Of a stretch of DNA of 64,000 bases, positions 12,301 to 25,859 are shown piece after piece (the first letter of the stretch is position 1; the number at the start of each line of letters is the position of its first letter). Source of the DNA: Mustelus asterias. Lineage: Eukaryota. Below the pieces are notes generated by a model. It worked only from the letters and a program-made list of their open reading frames with translations. It was not told where the DNA came from and did no database searches. The position numbers were made by a program, and so were the translations under genes. Where the stretch lies: contig NC_135806.1 in NCBI RefSeq assembly GCF_964213995.1, positions 93,186,001-93,250,000 on the forward strand, given 5' to 3'.

Positions 12301-13351
12301 TTACTATATCCTATCACACTGGAAAAGAAGTTCAGAGGTGAAATAGAGCAAAATGTAACCTCTGAAGCAAATGCTGTTTCTATATTACTCTTTTGCCATT
12401 GACAGAAGAATAAACACATTTGTTTATGGATATAAGTTAAGATATTCTAGGTCAGAACTTCTCACGTAAGCATCAACACTTTTACTATGAAGTGATCAAT
12501 TTTACAGGCAGCCTGGTTTAACATGTTAGAGACGTTTATCAAAACAGCTGTACTAAATATTAACTGATGGGGAAACCTATTGAAATATTTGTGCTGCCGT
12601 ACATATTGCATTTGCTATTGTGTGAACTTGCATTATCTTAATCAAAATCGTCACTATGGATTTAAGTTTAAATTTCTAACTCTTTTCAGGAGTTAAAGCT
12701 GCCTGAAAAGTCTTGAAAGGATGAGAATAATTCTTTTAAAAGTGCCCATAATTGCAAATCCCCATTACATTAGCAGTAATAATGAACTCTAGGCAGGATT
12801 TAATCCCTTCTCCCCTGCTCTCATTGTCTGCTTTAGTATTCAGTTTTGTCTCTGCCAAAATAAACGCTGGTATGACAACTCTCTCTGTGCTCTCACCCAT
12901 AATTGCCTAAATGCTGAATGGCTAGCAGGGAAAAAGAATCTCAAAGCTAGACCAACTTAATCCGTGTTTTATGAACACTCTAGCTTTGTTTTGACCTTTG
13001 ATAAATGAAATGCGATATTATAACTCAGATGTGATGATGGAGTTTGCATCAATAATTTGGGTGGGTTTCAGTTTGAGATTAAACTCTGGAATAATCTGCC
13101 AGTGTTCCTAAAGGCATATTAACTTTAAACAGATGATAGTTAGAGGCTATCAAAGGTAGCAGCAGAAATGTTAGCTCGCTGCAATTTTTACAATGAGTCA
13201 CTTTTTCACTTTCATAATCGGGGATATTTGGACATATGTAAACAAATATTACAATGGGTATCTCATTTAATGCACAGCAATGCCTTTGACAGCCCAGTAT
13301 TCGTGAGAATATGGTAGATGAAACAACCTTACTGCCTATTGTGAATGCAAG

Positions 13352-13447
13352 ACTCACCCGATGAAGGAGCAGCACTCCGAAAGCTTGTGATATCAAATAA
13401 ACCTGTTGGACTTTAACCTGGTGTTGCGAGATTTCTTACTGTGCCTT
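13352..13447 (+). mobile_element. Solo Penelope hammerhead-plus-tail insertion (about 95 bp)
   Basis: ACTCAC-CCGATGA-A-GGAGC-AGC-ACTCC-GAAA-GCTT-GTGA followed by the pLTR tail. A 20-bp direct repeat TTGTGAATGCAAGACTCACC lies at 13339-13358 and 13448-13467. Confidence 0.8.
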
Positions 13448-14276
13448 TTGTGAATGCAAGACTCACCTGAAAAGTTGAGAAATGGGTTTCTGCAGGAATT
13501 CTCTTTCTTTTGCAATATAACTTTGACAAACAAACAAAGGAAAGCTCAGAAAAAAAAACATCTTTTATGGATTTTTTCTGGGGTTTTGTGGCCCTTCGTT
13601 GAAATTAAGATGGAGCAATTGGGAGAACTGTCCCCCTCCCCTGCAGAAATTCACTCCCATAATTTTCATTGATGTCTCTACTCATAGTGCTGCCACTATG
13701 GTTTCTGCTGGAGGTTTGTGATTGAATCCGCTTACTAGCTAGAATAGCATCAACTGCTTTGGAAACTAGAGCAACATAAGCACGGCAGTGAGCTATCACC
13801 TTAGTTTTGGTCTAATCAGCGCCACACTGTATATTCGATCGTCCAGATGCAATTGCAGGACATTTCTTTAAACAATTCTTCAATATAAGGAAGCAATAAA
13901 ACAAAAGTGAAGTTGAGTAAGCAGCAGAATCCTAAGATGTCCAGGTCATGTTTCATATCCTTGAACCTAATGCTTTTGACATATGCAAATCTCTTATAGC
14001 AACACCTTCTTAAATATTAATCACACAAAATGTTTATGGAAGTAGAATCTGACTTAACAAAAGGCAGCCCAAACCAAAATTGTCCCCTTTATCACTTACA
14101 TTACCCTCAGCCTGGTGCTGAGAGCTTGAAGTGAGTTTTGAAGACTGCACCTAAGGTTCTCTCTCTCGCCCCTCCACTTCACAGCCTTCCCAAACATACA
14201 TTACCCTCACTTTATGTTACACTAAAGCTAGATTCGTATGCAAAAGAGCTGACCTCCTCTAATCCTGCCACATGTA

Positions 14277-14487
14277 AATAAAGGCAAAATACTGTGGATG
14301 CTGGAATCTGAAATAAAAACAGAAAATGCTAGAAAAACAGTTCTGAAAGCATCTGTCAAGAGAAAATAGAGCCATTGTTTCGAGTCAGTATGACCCTCAT
14401 CCTGACTCAAAATGTCGGCTCTATTCTCTCTCCACAGATGCTGTCAGACCTGCTGAGATTTTCCAGCATTTTCTGTTTTTGTTCCAC
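14277..14487. mobile_element. Fold-back pair of Penelope (second family) pLTR tails
   Basis: The left arm (AAAACAGAAAATGCT...GAGAAATAGAGCC...GAGTCAG) is an imperfect reverse complement of the right arm (CTGACTC...GGCTCTATTCTC...AGCATTTTCTGTTTT). Confidence 0.65.
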
Positions 14488-14799
14488 CACATTAAAAATG
14501 GGAAGTGAACAGTTTTGAGGTGGTTTGGGTTCAAGATTAAGGTTTCTTTTCATTTTAACATCCCCCTCAATCCAAACATGTTTCAGGGAATTAAAATGAT
14601 GTCCTGTGCATTTCGGTAAGCCTTCTTCAATATGATTCGTAGAAGAAACATGGCTCTGAATTTTACATTTCCCTTTCATGTGCATGTAAAAGATGACAGG
14701 TGCCCAGCCCACCACCTTACCACCCATCCTGAATTGCGCCCCATAACATGGTAGGTGACGGGCACCAAAATTGGTAACCTGTCTGCCATATACAAGTAA

Positions 14800-15022
14800 A
14801 TAAAGTAAAAATAAAATCACCATAGTCCCAGATGATCGTAGGCTACTATCGCCTTTGAGGGGGGAGAGCTGGCTGGTGGTGATTTAACCTGAGGATCACC
14901 ATCCTTCAGGCGAGGGGCAAGGTTGTGAAGGCATGAATAACCTCAGCCCATATGGGAATTGAACCCACTCTGTTGGCATCATTCTACCTCATAAACCAGC
15001 TGTGCAGCCAATTGAGCTAACC
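14800..15022 (-). mobile_element. tRNA-derived SINE (central domain resembles MetaSINE)
   Basis: Minus strand has A-box-like GGTTAGCTCAATTGG, B-box GGGTTCAATTCCC, central CCCCTCGCCTGAAGGATGGTGATCCTCAGGTTAAATCACCACCAG and a T-rich tail. The MetaSINE label is from recall only. Confidence 0.6.
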
Positions 15023-16419
15023 AACAAGTAAATAATAAAAGGTCGATTACGCTTGTTAGCAAGTCTATTGACCAGGATAATACTCTGCCCACACCATAAT
15101 ACAGAGTGGTAGGCAAGTGGAAGTGGGATTGCCTTAGTCCCACTGAGGGGCAAAATACCTATTCTTACATTGTTTAGCCCACCTCGAGCATTTTATGTCT
15201 GCAGGGCAGACTTCTTTCCACCATTTTTCCGCATTTTTCTGCCAGCCAACTTTCCTTCTGGGAAGATTTGCTTTTGGACCATATCACTGTCAACATTTGG
15301 AATGATTGTGTTGATAGTGTTGTTTTGTGATGGGAAAATGTAAGCTTTAAAAAGCATTCTAGATAGTGAGCTAAAATTACCCAAACAGCCTCCATCATTT
15401 GTATTTATCTTGCGATCTTGTGTATTTATCTTATTGTCGAGCAGGAACATCATGAAATAAATTACTGTTAAGCATCTTTGCATTGCCAAATCACATTGGA
15501 TTATGGTAAAAATGACATGTGTCTTTTCTCCCTAGAAATGAAGACTCTCTTTTAAGAAAATGAGGACCTCTACAGTTTGTGAAACATTGGTTTCACTGAT
15601 TGTGCTTTTCCTGGTTTTATTCTACAAAGCCCTACTGGCAGAACAGCTGGCCAAACAACATGCTTTGAGCCACAAATCATTATTTGGCACTAATGCTTCC
15701 TCTTTATTCTATTGTTCTTTGTTCAATATACCTGACTTGGCATTCCTGCTTTTTGTCATACACAATCAAACTTCAAAAACTACAACATTCAGATCGCACA
15801 TATTCCAAAATGTGCTCAATTCTGCTGTGATTTGCTTTCAGAAGCTCCATTGCAGAGGTGAGCAAGGTATTTTCTCAAAAAATATACATCCTCTTAATTT
15901 ACTATTGCTCCCCTAAAACTGTAAATAGTGCTAAATCTGCATGTTGAGGCGATGACTTTCTTTTAAACCAATCACTGGTGCAGAACCAACATGCAAAGTG
16001 CAGCTAAAAGTAAATTGGCCAGTAACATTACCACAATGCCACCATCTCCCCAATGATTTTATATTTGATCCTTTTATCACCCAGATTACCATAAGTAAAC
16101 CCTTTTATAGATATTTCTGACTGACTACTGTACAACTCTTTTGTTTGGCTGTATGAACTGTAGGCAGTGGACTTAACTGAAATGGAAAATGCATCTACTG
16201 ATTTTTCATTTGCTTTTGAGCATCAAAATTATCTGATTTACTTTCATCTGAATTCTGAATGATTCAATGTACATCATGTGTAAGGCTCCAACATTTACAA
16301 ACAAAATCAGTGCAGTAAGTTTCCAAACTCAAGTGACTTAAAACTTACTTGACTTACATCCAATGAAAAGCTACAGTTATTGTCAGGGAAATTACAGCAA
16401 ATAATTTCCACAGAAATCC

Positions 16420-17270
16420 TCAGTAAGGACAATGATGTCGGCCATCCCTCTCCCCGGTCTGCCTGTGTGTGGCAGCTTAGCCTACATGAAGACAAAAGAA
16501 AGGAATGTGATGAGAAAGGGTGGAGCAGAGGTTGGGTAGGATGCATGTCCCCTGTGTGTGGTGAATCTTCCCCACAGGATGGAATGTGAGCAACGTGAGA
16601 GATAGGATGGTGGTAATGTGAAAGTCTCCATGAGAGAATGAGTGTTGATATATGCCCACCACTAATAGATGTGTGAGATCCCTGAATAAAGTAGCCATTT
16701 GAGTACATGATGCCTTGATGAGATATTGATATTCAAGGGAGTTGAAGGATGATTTACCCTGGTGGAACAGATGAGATCATTCATCCTCTTCCTGCACTGG
16801 ATGGCGTTTTGGGCTGACTTGCTCCGCGATGGCCTTCCATGCCGGAGATGTGAGGTTGGTGTGATTCCAAGAGCCATCCCTGGGATATAGGACATGCCTG
16901 TGTGGCCGCGTTCCACTAAAGAGGACCTCATAGGCCTGGTGGATGAAGGGGGGTACTGCCTTCTTCTTGAGGCTGCGAGCCTTGTTCTTCTGCTTGTTAG
17001 ACCTCTGTGATGATCTCCTGAAGGCTGGTGGGCTGGAGAGAGTGAGGTGTAAATGCTGGGCTGTTATTTGAATACGGCTCCTGGAGTGTCAACCCTGTCA
17101 GCTGACGGGAGGAACAAATCAGCCATCGACCCACCAGGTGATTTGGTCTGATACTCGCTTGTATATAACTAATGAGCTTCCGAGTGAGAAATTGGTTGCG
17201 AGTTCCCGCCATTCCAGCAGGGTGGGTGGCGCTGAAACTGCTCGCCACCATACCTAGAGTGGAATTTTCC
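16420..17270 (-). pseudogene. Harbinger Myb/SANT-like gene remnant
   Basis: AIQCRKRMNDLICSTR is followed by a GTAAAT donor at about 16757. It is homologous to the copy at 127-370. Confidence 0.65.
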
Positions 17271-17415
17271 ATTTATAAGACTAAGGCCGCCTAAAAAAGC
17301 CTGCAGAGCCAGGAATCTTAGACCGGGAAGGGCATCCTGATGTCAAAGTTTGATTAAAGAACTCTTGCCCAGACATCGGGACACCCCCGATGGATAAGGG
17401 GAACACCCGCCACAT

Positions 17416-18388
17416 GGGACCCTTGCTGTTTGTCATTTTCATAAATGACCTGGATGAGGAAGTGGAGGGATGGGTTGGTAAGTTTGCTGACGACACCAAG
17501 GTAGGTGGTGTTGTGGATAGTTTGGAGGGATGTCAGAAGTTGCAGCGAGACATAGATAGAATGCAAGACTGGGCGGAGAAGTGGCAGATGGACTTCAACC
17601 CGGATAAGTGTGTGGTGATCCATTTTGGCAGATCCAATGGGATGAAGCAGCAATATAATATGAAGGGTACCATTCTTAGCAGTGTAGAGGATCAGAAGGA
17701 CCTTGGGGTCCGGGTCCATAGGACTCTTAAATCGGCCTCGCAGGTGGAGGATGCGGTCAAGAAGGCGTACGGCGTACTGGCCTTCATTAATCGAGGGATT
17801 GAGTTTAGGAGTCGGGAGATAATGCTGCAGCTTTATAGGACCCTGGTTAGACCCCACTTGGAGTACTGCGCGCAGTTCTGGTCACCTCATTACAGGAAAG
17901 ATGTTGAAGCCATTGAAAGGGTGCAGAGGAGATTTACAAGGATGTTGCCTGGATTGGGGGGCATGCCTTATGAGGATAGGTTGAGGGAGCTTGGTCTCTT
18001 CTCCCTGGAGAGACGAAGGATGAGAGGTGACCTAATAGAGGTTTACAAGATGTTGAGAGGTCTGGATAGGGTAGACTCTCAGAGGCTATTTCCAAGGGCT
18101 GAAATGGTTGCTACGAGAGGACACAGGTTTAAGGTGCTGGGGGGTAGGTACAGAGGAGATGTCAGGGGTAAGTTTTTCACTCAGAGGGTGGTGGGTGAGT
18201 GGAATCGGCTGACGTCGGTGGTGGTGGAGGCAAACTCGTTGGGGTCTTTTAAGAGACTTCTGGATGAGTACATGGGATTTAATGGGATTGAGGGCTATAG
18301 ATAGGCCTAGAGGTGGGGATGTGATCGGCGCAACCTGTGGGCCGAAGGGCCTGTTTGTGCTGTGGCTTTCTATGTTCTATGTTCTATG
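17416..18388 (+). mobile_element. CR1 LINE, young 5'-truncated insertion with open RT C-terminal frame
   Basis: The uninterrupted ORF GPLLFVIFINDL..FADDTK..WAEKWQM..RPHLEYC..FFTQRVV runs to the stop at 18304. A (TTCTATG)n tail lies at 18368-18388. Confidence 0.95.
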
Positions 18389-18934
18389 CAGAAGAGTAAC
18401 AACCCCACCCACACACCTCCCACACATGATTAAGGGACCTGCCCCTCATATGCAAAAGAGGAACCCCCGCACATGGAGGAGGGTAATCCTCCCGCCATGG
18501 AGCCCCCTGGCAGTGTCCCCGGCAGTGTTGCCAGGATGCCTTGGGTCAATGCCTGGACATGTTCCTCGCCCTTGGGAACTACAGGCACAGCTGTGCCCCT
18601 GGTGGTCATCACAACTGGTTTCCATTTTCGTGACTTGCACTTGTGTGATATCACACTATCGGGTGGGGTGGGGGGGTGGAGATGCGTCGTGGACCGACGC
18701 TACAACGTCAAGCCCTCTAATGATATAATTTTTTTAAAGTATGCATATCAGGTTTATGCCCTTTCTGGGTCACTGGTGTTAGGTGGGGAAACTCAGAAAC
18801 TCAAATCTTGCCATTGAGATTTGTGTTTTCAATTTTGCGCGCGGTTCGATGATCATTCCAGGAATCTCCCACAGGGTGAACATGGCTGCTAAATCACAGC
18901 CTAAGAGTTTCTATGCATCAGGAAAGATTGAACA

Positions 18935-19320
18935 GGCTGGGACTCTTTTCTCTAGAAGTGAGAAGACCGATGAGTGACCTCATAGAGGTCTTTAAAATTT
19001 ATGAAGGGTTTTATAATATAGATGTAGAGGAAATGTTTCCATTAGTGGGGGGGAGATCAGAACTCGGTGCCTTAAATATAAGATAGTCATTAATAAAAAC
19101 AATAGTGAATGCAGAAGAAAGATTTTTGAGTGTGGTTAGAATGGGAAACGTGATACCATAGGAAGTGATTCAGGCGATTAGCATTGATGAATGTAACAGG
19201 AGGAGAGAGAAGAGAATAGAAAGCTACATTGCTAATTAGCTAAAGACGAAAAGGAGATGACTTCTGTGGACCATAAATATCTGCATGGATCATTGGTCTA
19301 GGTGGTCCATTGCTGTACAG
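18935..19320 (+). mobile_element. Old CR1 3' fragment
   Basis: Degenerate LGLFSLE..R..DLIEVFKI sequence and 3' UTR. Confidence 0.55.
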
Positions 19321-19330
19321 TAAATACTTT

Positions 19331-19455
19331 GGGCAGTTTTTCTGGCCGCACTCACCCCTAGTCCGGAAAATCCTGCCTGAGGTCAATGAACCTTCGCATG
19401 GTCTGTGTCCTGCGCGCTACAATTCCCATGATGGGCGGGACAGGAAAATTCCACC
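19331..19455. mobile_element. MITE (Harbinger-like TIRs)
   Basis: Imperfect terminal inverted repeats GGGCAGTTTTTCT ... GGAAAATTCCACC. Confidence 0.4.
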
Positions 19456-20184
19456 ATATATATCTAGCGCTCAGCAATAAATATGGCATTGCCAGGGTTT
19501 CCTACACCCCAAGAACAGTTCAGTAAAAACATTTGGTATGATTATCACCAGGAATGCCTCAAAGGTTTTCTTGATCAACTGTCAGAACTTTGATGGAAGA
19601 TTAACAGAAACCCTGAATAAATAAGCCTGAGTAAAATTGAGGTTCCCACCAATCATCAATAAATGGCCAATTCAGAGAATCCCAAAGGAAATTCCCAACG
19701 ATTACCATTAGAAAGTAATTTTCAGATGTTGGTTGAATAACTTGGGAGACCTACATTGAAATTACTGCCTCCACAGTTCACTTCCAGCATTCTGAAGGAC
19801 CATTTCCTTCTCAACACGTTACGAGAATTGTTGATCTCTGCTGGTTCATCAACTGCAAGGGGAGATTAACTAAGGTGTCGGGGATAAAGGAACATAGGAA
19901 AATCGCAGGAATAGACCATTCGGTCCTTTGAGCCTGCTGTGCCATTCAGTAAAATCATGGCTGAACTGGTTGTGATCTCAGCTCCATTTTCCTGTCTATC
20001 CCTCCATAACCCCTGACTCCATTGAACAATTTAAAAATAAAGATGAGAATTTAAAATCAAGGTATTGCTAGGCTGGGAGCCAGTGTAGGTCAGTAGGCAC
20101 AGGGGTCTTGGGAAATGGGACTTGATGGGAGTTAGGAGACAGGCCACAACACCCACTGGGAAAAAGGATGCTGGGTATAAACAT

Positions 20185-21065
20185 ACAATAAAAACAGAAA
20201 AGATTGGAAATACGCAGCAAGTCAGGCAACATCAGTGGAGAGGGAAAGAGTGATTGCATTTCAAATGGACAACCTCCCATCAGAACTGGGAAAAGCTAGA
20301 GATGTCATCAGATTTAAGCAAGTGAAAAGGGGAAGGTGGGGAAAAGACCAAAAGGGAAGGTCTATGATATGGTGAAAGGCAGGAGAGATTAAATGACAAA
20401 GGGGTTTTCGAGCAGGCCAAACAATGTGCTTATAGAACAAATGATTTTTAAAAAATAAAAATGATGCGACTAGAGGAGGTGTAAATGGCAGAATGTGGAA
20501 CAACTGCCAGCAGAAAAAGAGAAAGGCAAGAGGGTAAAACCAAAACTAGCAAAGAAGAAATAAAATAAAGTGAGGGCAGAGATTAGGATCTAAAATTTTT
20601 GAATCCAATGTTGAGTCCAGAGGCTGTAAAATGCCTAACTGGAAAATGTTGTTCCCTATGCTTGCATTGAACTTCATTGATACATAGCAGGAGGCTGAGA
20701 ACAGAGATCTCAGAGTGGGAGCAAATTGGAGAATTCAAATTCCAGGTAACCATAAGCTTGCAGAATGAATGAAGGTGCTCAGCAAAGCAATCACCCAGAC
20801 TGTGTTTGGTCTCCCCAGTATGGAGCTGATACATTGTTATCTGTGAATACAGTGAGCAAAATCAAAAGATGTGTATATAAATCTCTGTTTCACCCGAAAG
20901 GAATATTTGTGGCCTTGGATGGTGAGAAAGGAAGGGGTAAAATGACAAGTGTTGCATCTCCTGTGCTTGCATGGGATGGGAGGAGGCTTTTGGGAGGTGA
21001 CTGAGGAAGAGACCAGGGTGTTGAGAAGGAAATGGTCCTTCAGAATGCTGGAAGTGAAGGGGAGT
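20185..21065 (-). mobile_element. Penelope-like element (second family), old 3' remnant
   Basis: GIY-YIG remnant LHTGETKHSLGDCFAEHL...SGLNIGFKNFR, with the pLTR tail at 20185-20290. Confidence 0.7.
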
Positions 21066-21144
21066 TACTTGTTAACCTTCTTTCTGCTGGTATTTATATC
21101 ATTTTGTTAGTTCTGTTAACTGGTATTACCATTCCTCTATGTAG

Positions 21145-21294
<150 letters not shown>

Positions 21295-22577
21295 TGACTT
21301 GGCTCTGATTTCTGTTTACTTACTAATCACTGTTATGCATGGAAACCTAACCATTGGTGTACACGCTGACTTACAAAGCTGTTAGTTTAAAATGTGCAGT
21401 CATATATCTTATCGAAGAATTTCCTTGGAGCCTTTCCTGCTCTGCTCCCAGAAACCCCACTTCCAACTCATTCCAGTGAAGTTAGTGTGCCAGAACCAGA
21501 ACAACTCCAAGGGAATTCCTTGCCAAAGTGCTTGGGAAAACAAGGCATTGAGCTGCATATATGAGTCTGACATATGCCGCTAAAGACTTACAAAGAGTTG
21601 GACTGAAAGTGGGAAGTAGCAATGCTCCACAACCCTTTCCTCTGCATAAACTGCAACCTTTACTTCCAATCTCAAGAATGAGGCGTTCATGGATTTCTTT
21701 TCATCTCAACACGTGAAGCCATCCATGCAACTGCTTGAACTAATGATGACTGTTTTTCATTTCCATGTACCTTGCTCACCAAAACATCCACTCATTAGTC
21801 TGCAGATTCTCTTTTACATGCTGGTCCTGTTCAAGTGCCATTCCCGTTCTCTTGCTGTACCCAGTTCCTAACTGCTCATGCATCTTCCCTAACTCAGTGG
21901 GCTAGATTTCTTTAGATGCTGGAGTTTCCTGACCCACAGCCAAAAAAGTCAGCTGGGAACACAAACCGCTCCTGACAGCTGCCCCACAGCCATTTATCAT
22001 TCCGTGAGGCACTGATTGACTAGAAGCGGATTTTCAACCCCCATCAGGGGAAGAGGTTTCACCCCAAGAAGCAGCCAGCCACCTGACTGGCCAGCAGCTC
22101 TCCAGTTCCAGCATTACATTCAGATCCAGCAAAGAAGGGTCAGGTGGGTGAGTCCTGGTGGGCTTCTGGCATGGCCAGAGGTGGGAAGCCCTGAGGAGCA
22201 GTGTTGAGGGCCTCAAGGCCTTTTCTTAAGGCTGATGGCAGAGGAGAAACCCAGGAGGACAAACTTTGGGAGTGCCCAATCAGGAAAGGGGGTCCTGTGT
22301 GTGAGGCAAACCCTGGCTTCCTGCCCAAGGCCAGACCTGTCAGGCCACTTCCCCCAACCTCATCCCTACTTTCACCTGGCAGATTCCCCACACATCTGGA
22401 TAGTTGGGGAATGTCTGGGATTGATCCCTAATATGTTGACTGCTTGGTAAAACATCCCTCAGGGTCGCTGTATATTCAAATTTGCTTTTCACATCCTGAT
22501 GGGCCAGTTAATATCAATTTGAGGTCGGTTTTCCGCCCAGCTGCAGTGTGGGCCAAATTTAATTCTTTTCAGTTAGT

Positions 22578-22877
22578 GGCAGAATGTTACAGAGGTGGTT
22601 GAGGCCGAGGGTGACCTTCCTGCTTTCACCCCAGCTGAGGTCCTTATGTGACCAATTAAGGACCACTTCCTGCCCAGTGGCAACCTGGGATGGGATTGTA
22701 TATTTAAAACTATAGAGGGGGCATGGGGAAGGCAGCCCCTGTGGCCTGAGCAATTTCCTACCAGGATTTCCTTTCCATTATTTGAACATTTATGCTTATA
22801 ATGTTTTTTCTGGAAATGCAAAATTATGCACACAGCTGCCTCCATTCCCACCCCCCATATCGGGAGAAAATTCTGCC
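22578..22877. mobile_element. MITE (Harbinger-like TIRs)
   Basis: Inverted termini GGCAGAAT ... ATTCTGCC. Confidence 0.45.
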
Positions 22878-23423
22878 TCAACAATACATATAGATGGAGT
22901 GAAAACCCTTTATATTGAGAATGTGTGACATTCTTAAAAGAAGATGGTATTACAGATGCAGTAAATCATATCTTTCCCTTGAAGAAAACCTGTCACTCAA
23001 TATAAGTTGACAGCTATCTCGCACTGATGCATTGGAAAGATTATGAACTGGATTGTATCAACAATCAATACATCAGTGGTGAACAGCCAATTGGCTGATG
23101 CTTCTAACAGGATTGACTAGTAGTCTGGTCCCTCTGTTGTAGAGGGCTTGAATATTTAGCGCAAACAGATGGCACAACTCCTCTAATGCCTTCTCATGAG
23201 AGTGGTACAGTCATCCTGAGCATTACTAATTGCTAAGGTTGAGAAACTAATCCTTTGGACTTTGTGTACAGAGGCATGGCTACATGTGAGTGAGTGCCAG
23301 ATGCTTCATTTAGCAGCTGATCAGCCTGGCCTCTGTGTGACTGACATTTCCAATCCAACTTTTCTTCCTTTGCGTTGAGTATTCATCAGCAAGGAGTAAC
23401 TAGTACAGGACCCTCAGATTATA

Positions 23424-23539
23424 GGCCAGAATTCTCTGGTCTTGCATGCCCCGCTACCGCTGCCAGTGAGAACGGAGAATTTGGTGCTCAGCCAAATCTC
23501 CATTCGCTGCAGTAGGATCGGAAAATTCCAGCTCCAAGG
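23424..23539. mobile_element. MITE (Harbinger-like TIRs)
   Basis: Inverted termini GGCCAGAATTCTC ... GAGAATTCTGTCC, with an internally palindromic body. Confidence 0.55.
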
Positions 23540-24443
23540 GAGGTTGGAGAATTCTGTCCTCCGGTCTTTAGCAGTTGCAGCAGTCAGCAGTTGTTAACTC
23601 AAAAGTTGGTTTCCTTTCAAGAACCAGGTCATGGTCAATAAGAAGGGAAATTCCACACTGCACATTAAAGGGATATTTAAATACAATCTGCATTTGGTGA
23701 ATGATTTTTCAGGGAACACATTGTGTGGTGAGGAAAATTTCAACAGGGTTTGTAATGGGCAGGGTTTTTAACATTTTGATTCCCTTACCCTTTCCCTCTT
23801 CCAGTCACCCCAAATCTCCCTGAAAATGTAAAGAGAAGGCAAAGCTAGGGCATTGCCTCTATATTTTGTTAGTAACTCATTGGTTGTATAATGATTTGGA
23901 TATAGCAGGATGCTATATACCTGCAAGTTCTTTTTCTTCTGGGGGTGAAATTGTTTTTTTGGGGTAGTCCAAACTGGGGTCGAGGGAATCAGCAACCTGT
24001 TTTGCATTTTATCTTAATTTCTTTTCCACTCAAGTCAAAGAATAATGGTATGTAAAAGGTTCCATGCCACAAAACCAATGTATGTGGCTGACCAACATTA
24101 CCCGCACCAAGTGGCCACAAAAAAATGTACATACAAATTATTATCAGCAAATGCTAATGGGAAGGCAAACCCAATTTACTAACGGCTATAAGAATATAGG
24201 AACATTAGAAATAGGAGCAGATATAGGCCATTCGGCCCTTCAAACCTGCTCCACTATGCAATACACTCATGGCTGATCTTCTATCTTAACTCAACCTTCC
24301 TGCACTACGCCCATATCTCTTAATCCCCCAGTCTTCAGCATTCTATCATCAATTGTATTTAAATTATCTAGTTAGGTAGTAATAAATTCAACCCAATATT
24401 CCCATCATATTTCTCAGACCATTTAAAACTGCTACATGCCTAG

Positions 24444-24713
<270 letters not shown>

Positions 24714-25859
24714 TAAGCTCATTATGGCTGATTTTCTTGGTTTTTGTCATCCCCCAGAATGCCTTTTCCTGTGTGTAAAGACAAAACAAAATGTGGGAAG
24801 GAACCCATTTCACTAGGTTTCATTCCCCTTTTCATTACAATTAGATCCGTGAAGATTGTGACTGGTCTCTGCTGTCAGATCAGTGGGTCCCTAACTCATC
24901 TGGCCATTTTCTCTCTCCCCGTAGACTGTGTATGGTTTCTGTTTGGTGGTATACTTCCTATTAAATGGTTCAGCTCGGGATCAAACACTCACCATGTGAA
25001 GCGACACAGTTATAATCCAGAATCATATTTCTTTCCAGTGTAACTTGTTAACACGTCTACCTGCTACATTGGCACAAATTCATATTGTTCAGCGACAGCA
25101 CCATGTATCCAAGATCAGATCACAGCTCCTTATGTACCCGCTCGTTAAATTATTCAATATCTGCTTAACTGTTAATTAGTCAAATTAATGGGAAAGAGGA
25201 GATTAAGGGGTGATTTGAAAGATGTGTTTAAAATGCTAATGGGATTGGATGGAGTAGATAAAAACATAAATGGCTGTTTTATGACAGAGTCACTGCACAT
25301 AGATATAAATTAAATATAGCAGAATTGGGACAAAAAATCAGAAGAAGCTTTCTTCAAGGCCCGTCTTTGATGGCATGATATTCCAGCCCCCAACATAGAT
25401 CACCTGCATGAACCCCCCAACCCGCCTGAACATAGATCGCCAGCTTCATAGCTCTCCCAATAGGTCGTACTATATTCATCACCCCCTTTAGGCCCCACCC
25501 CTTGGTTGGCACTACCAAGTTGCTGGGGGGCAATGCTAGGGTACTACCCTGTCATGTGTGGGGTCATCACATCTCATTTCTGTTTGTGGAGACCAGTAGT
25601 GCTTCCTGTCGGCTTTACACCATTGCCAACGGTGGGAACATAAGATGTTCCTGGAAGATTCGCCATTCAGCCAGTTTTGCACATTTAAATGCTTTAAAAT
25701 CCATGGTAATCAGCTTCTGATAATGTCTGCTGAGAAGACCTGGGAAGATCACAAACCGATTCGCACTTGGTGTGAATCCTGTTTTAGGTCTTTTGCTGAA
25801 TTTACCTGACATAGAGGAATTTGTGCCAAGCGTAACGGGGTTGGATAATCATCCCCATC

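Noticed and set aside
17390-18304. 304-aa and 296-aa (28380-29270) ORFs as host genes
   Set aside because: They are truncated CR1 ORF2 ends with CR1 tails. The start codons come from flanking DNA.
1-21144. LIX1 exons 1-2
   Set aside because: I could not find the expected MDRTLE... or ...LQEFWE...VTLPGGSCFGNF motifs on the + strand. GGCLGNF at about 15375-15395 is on the wrong strand and lacks context.
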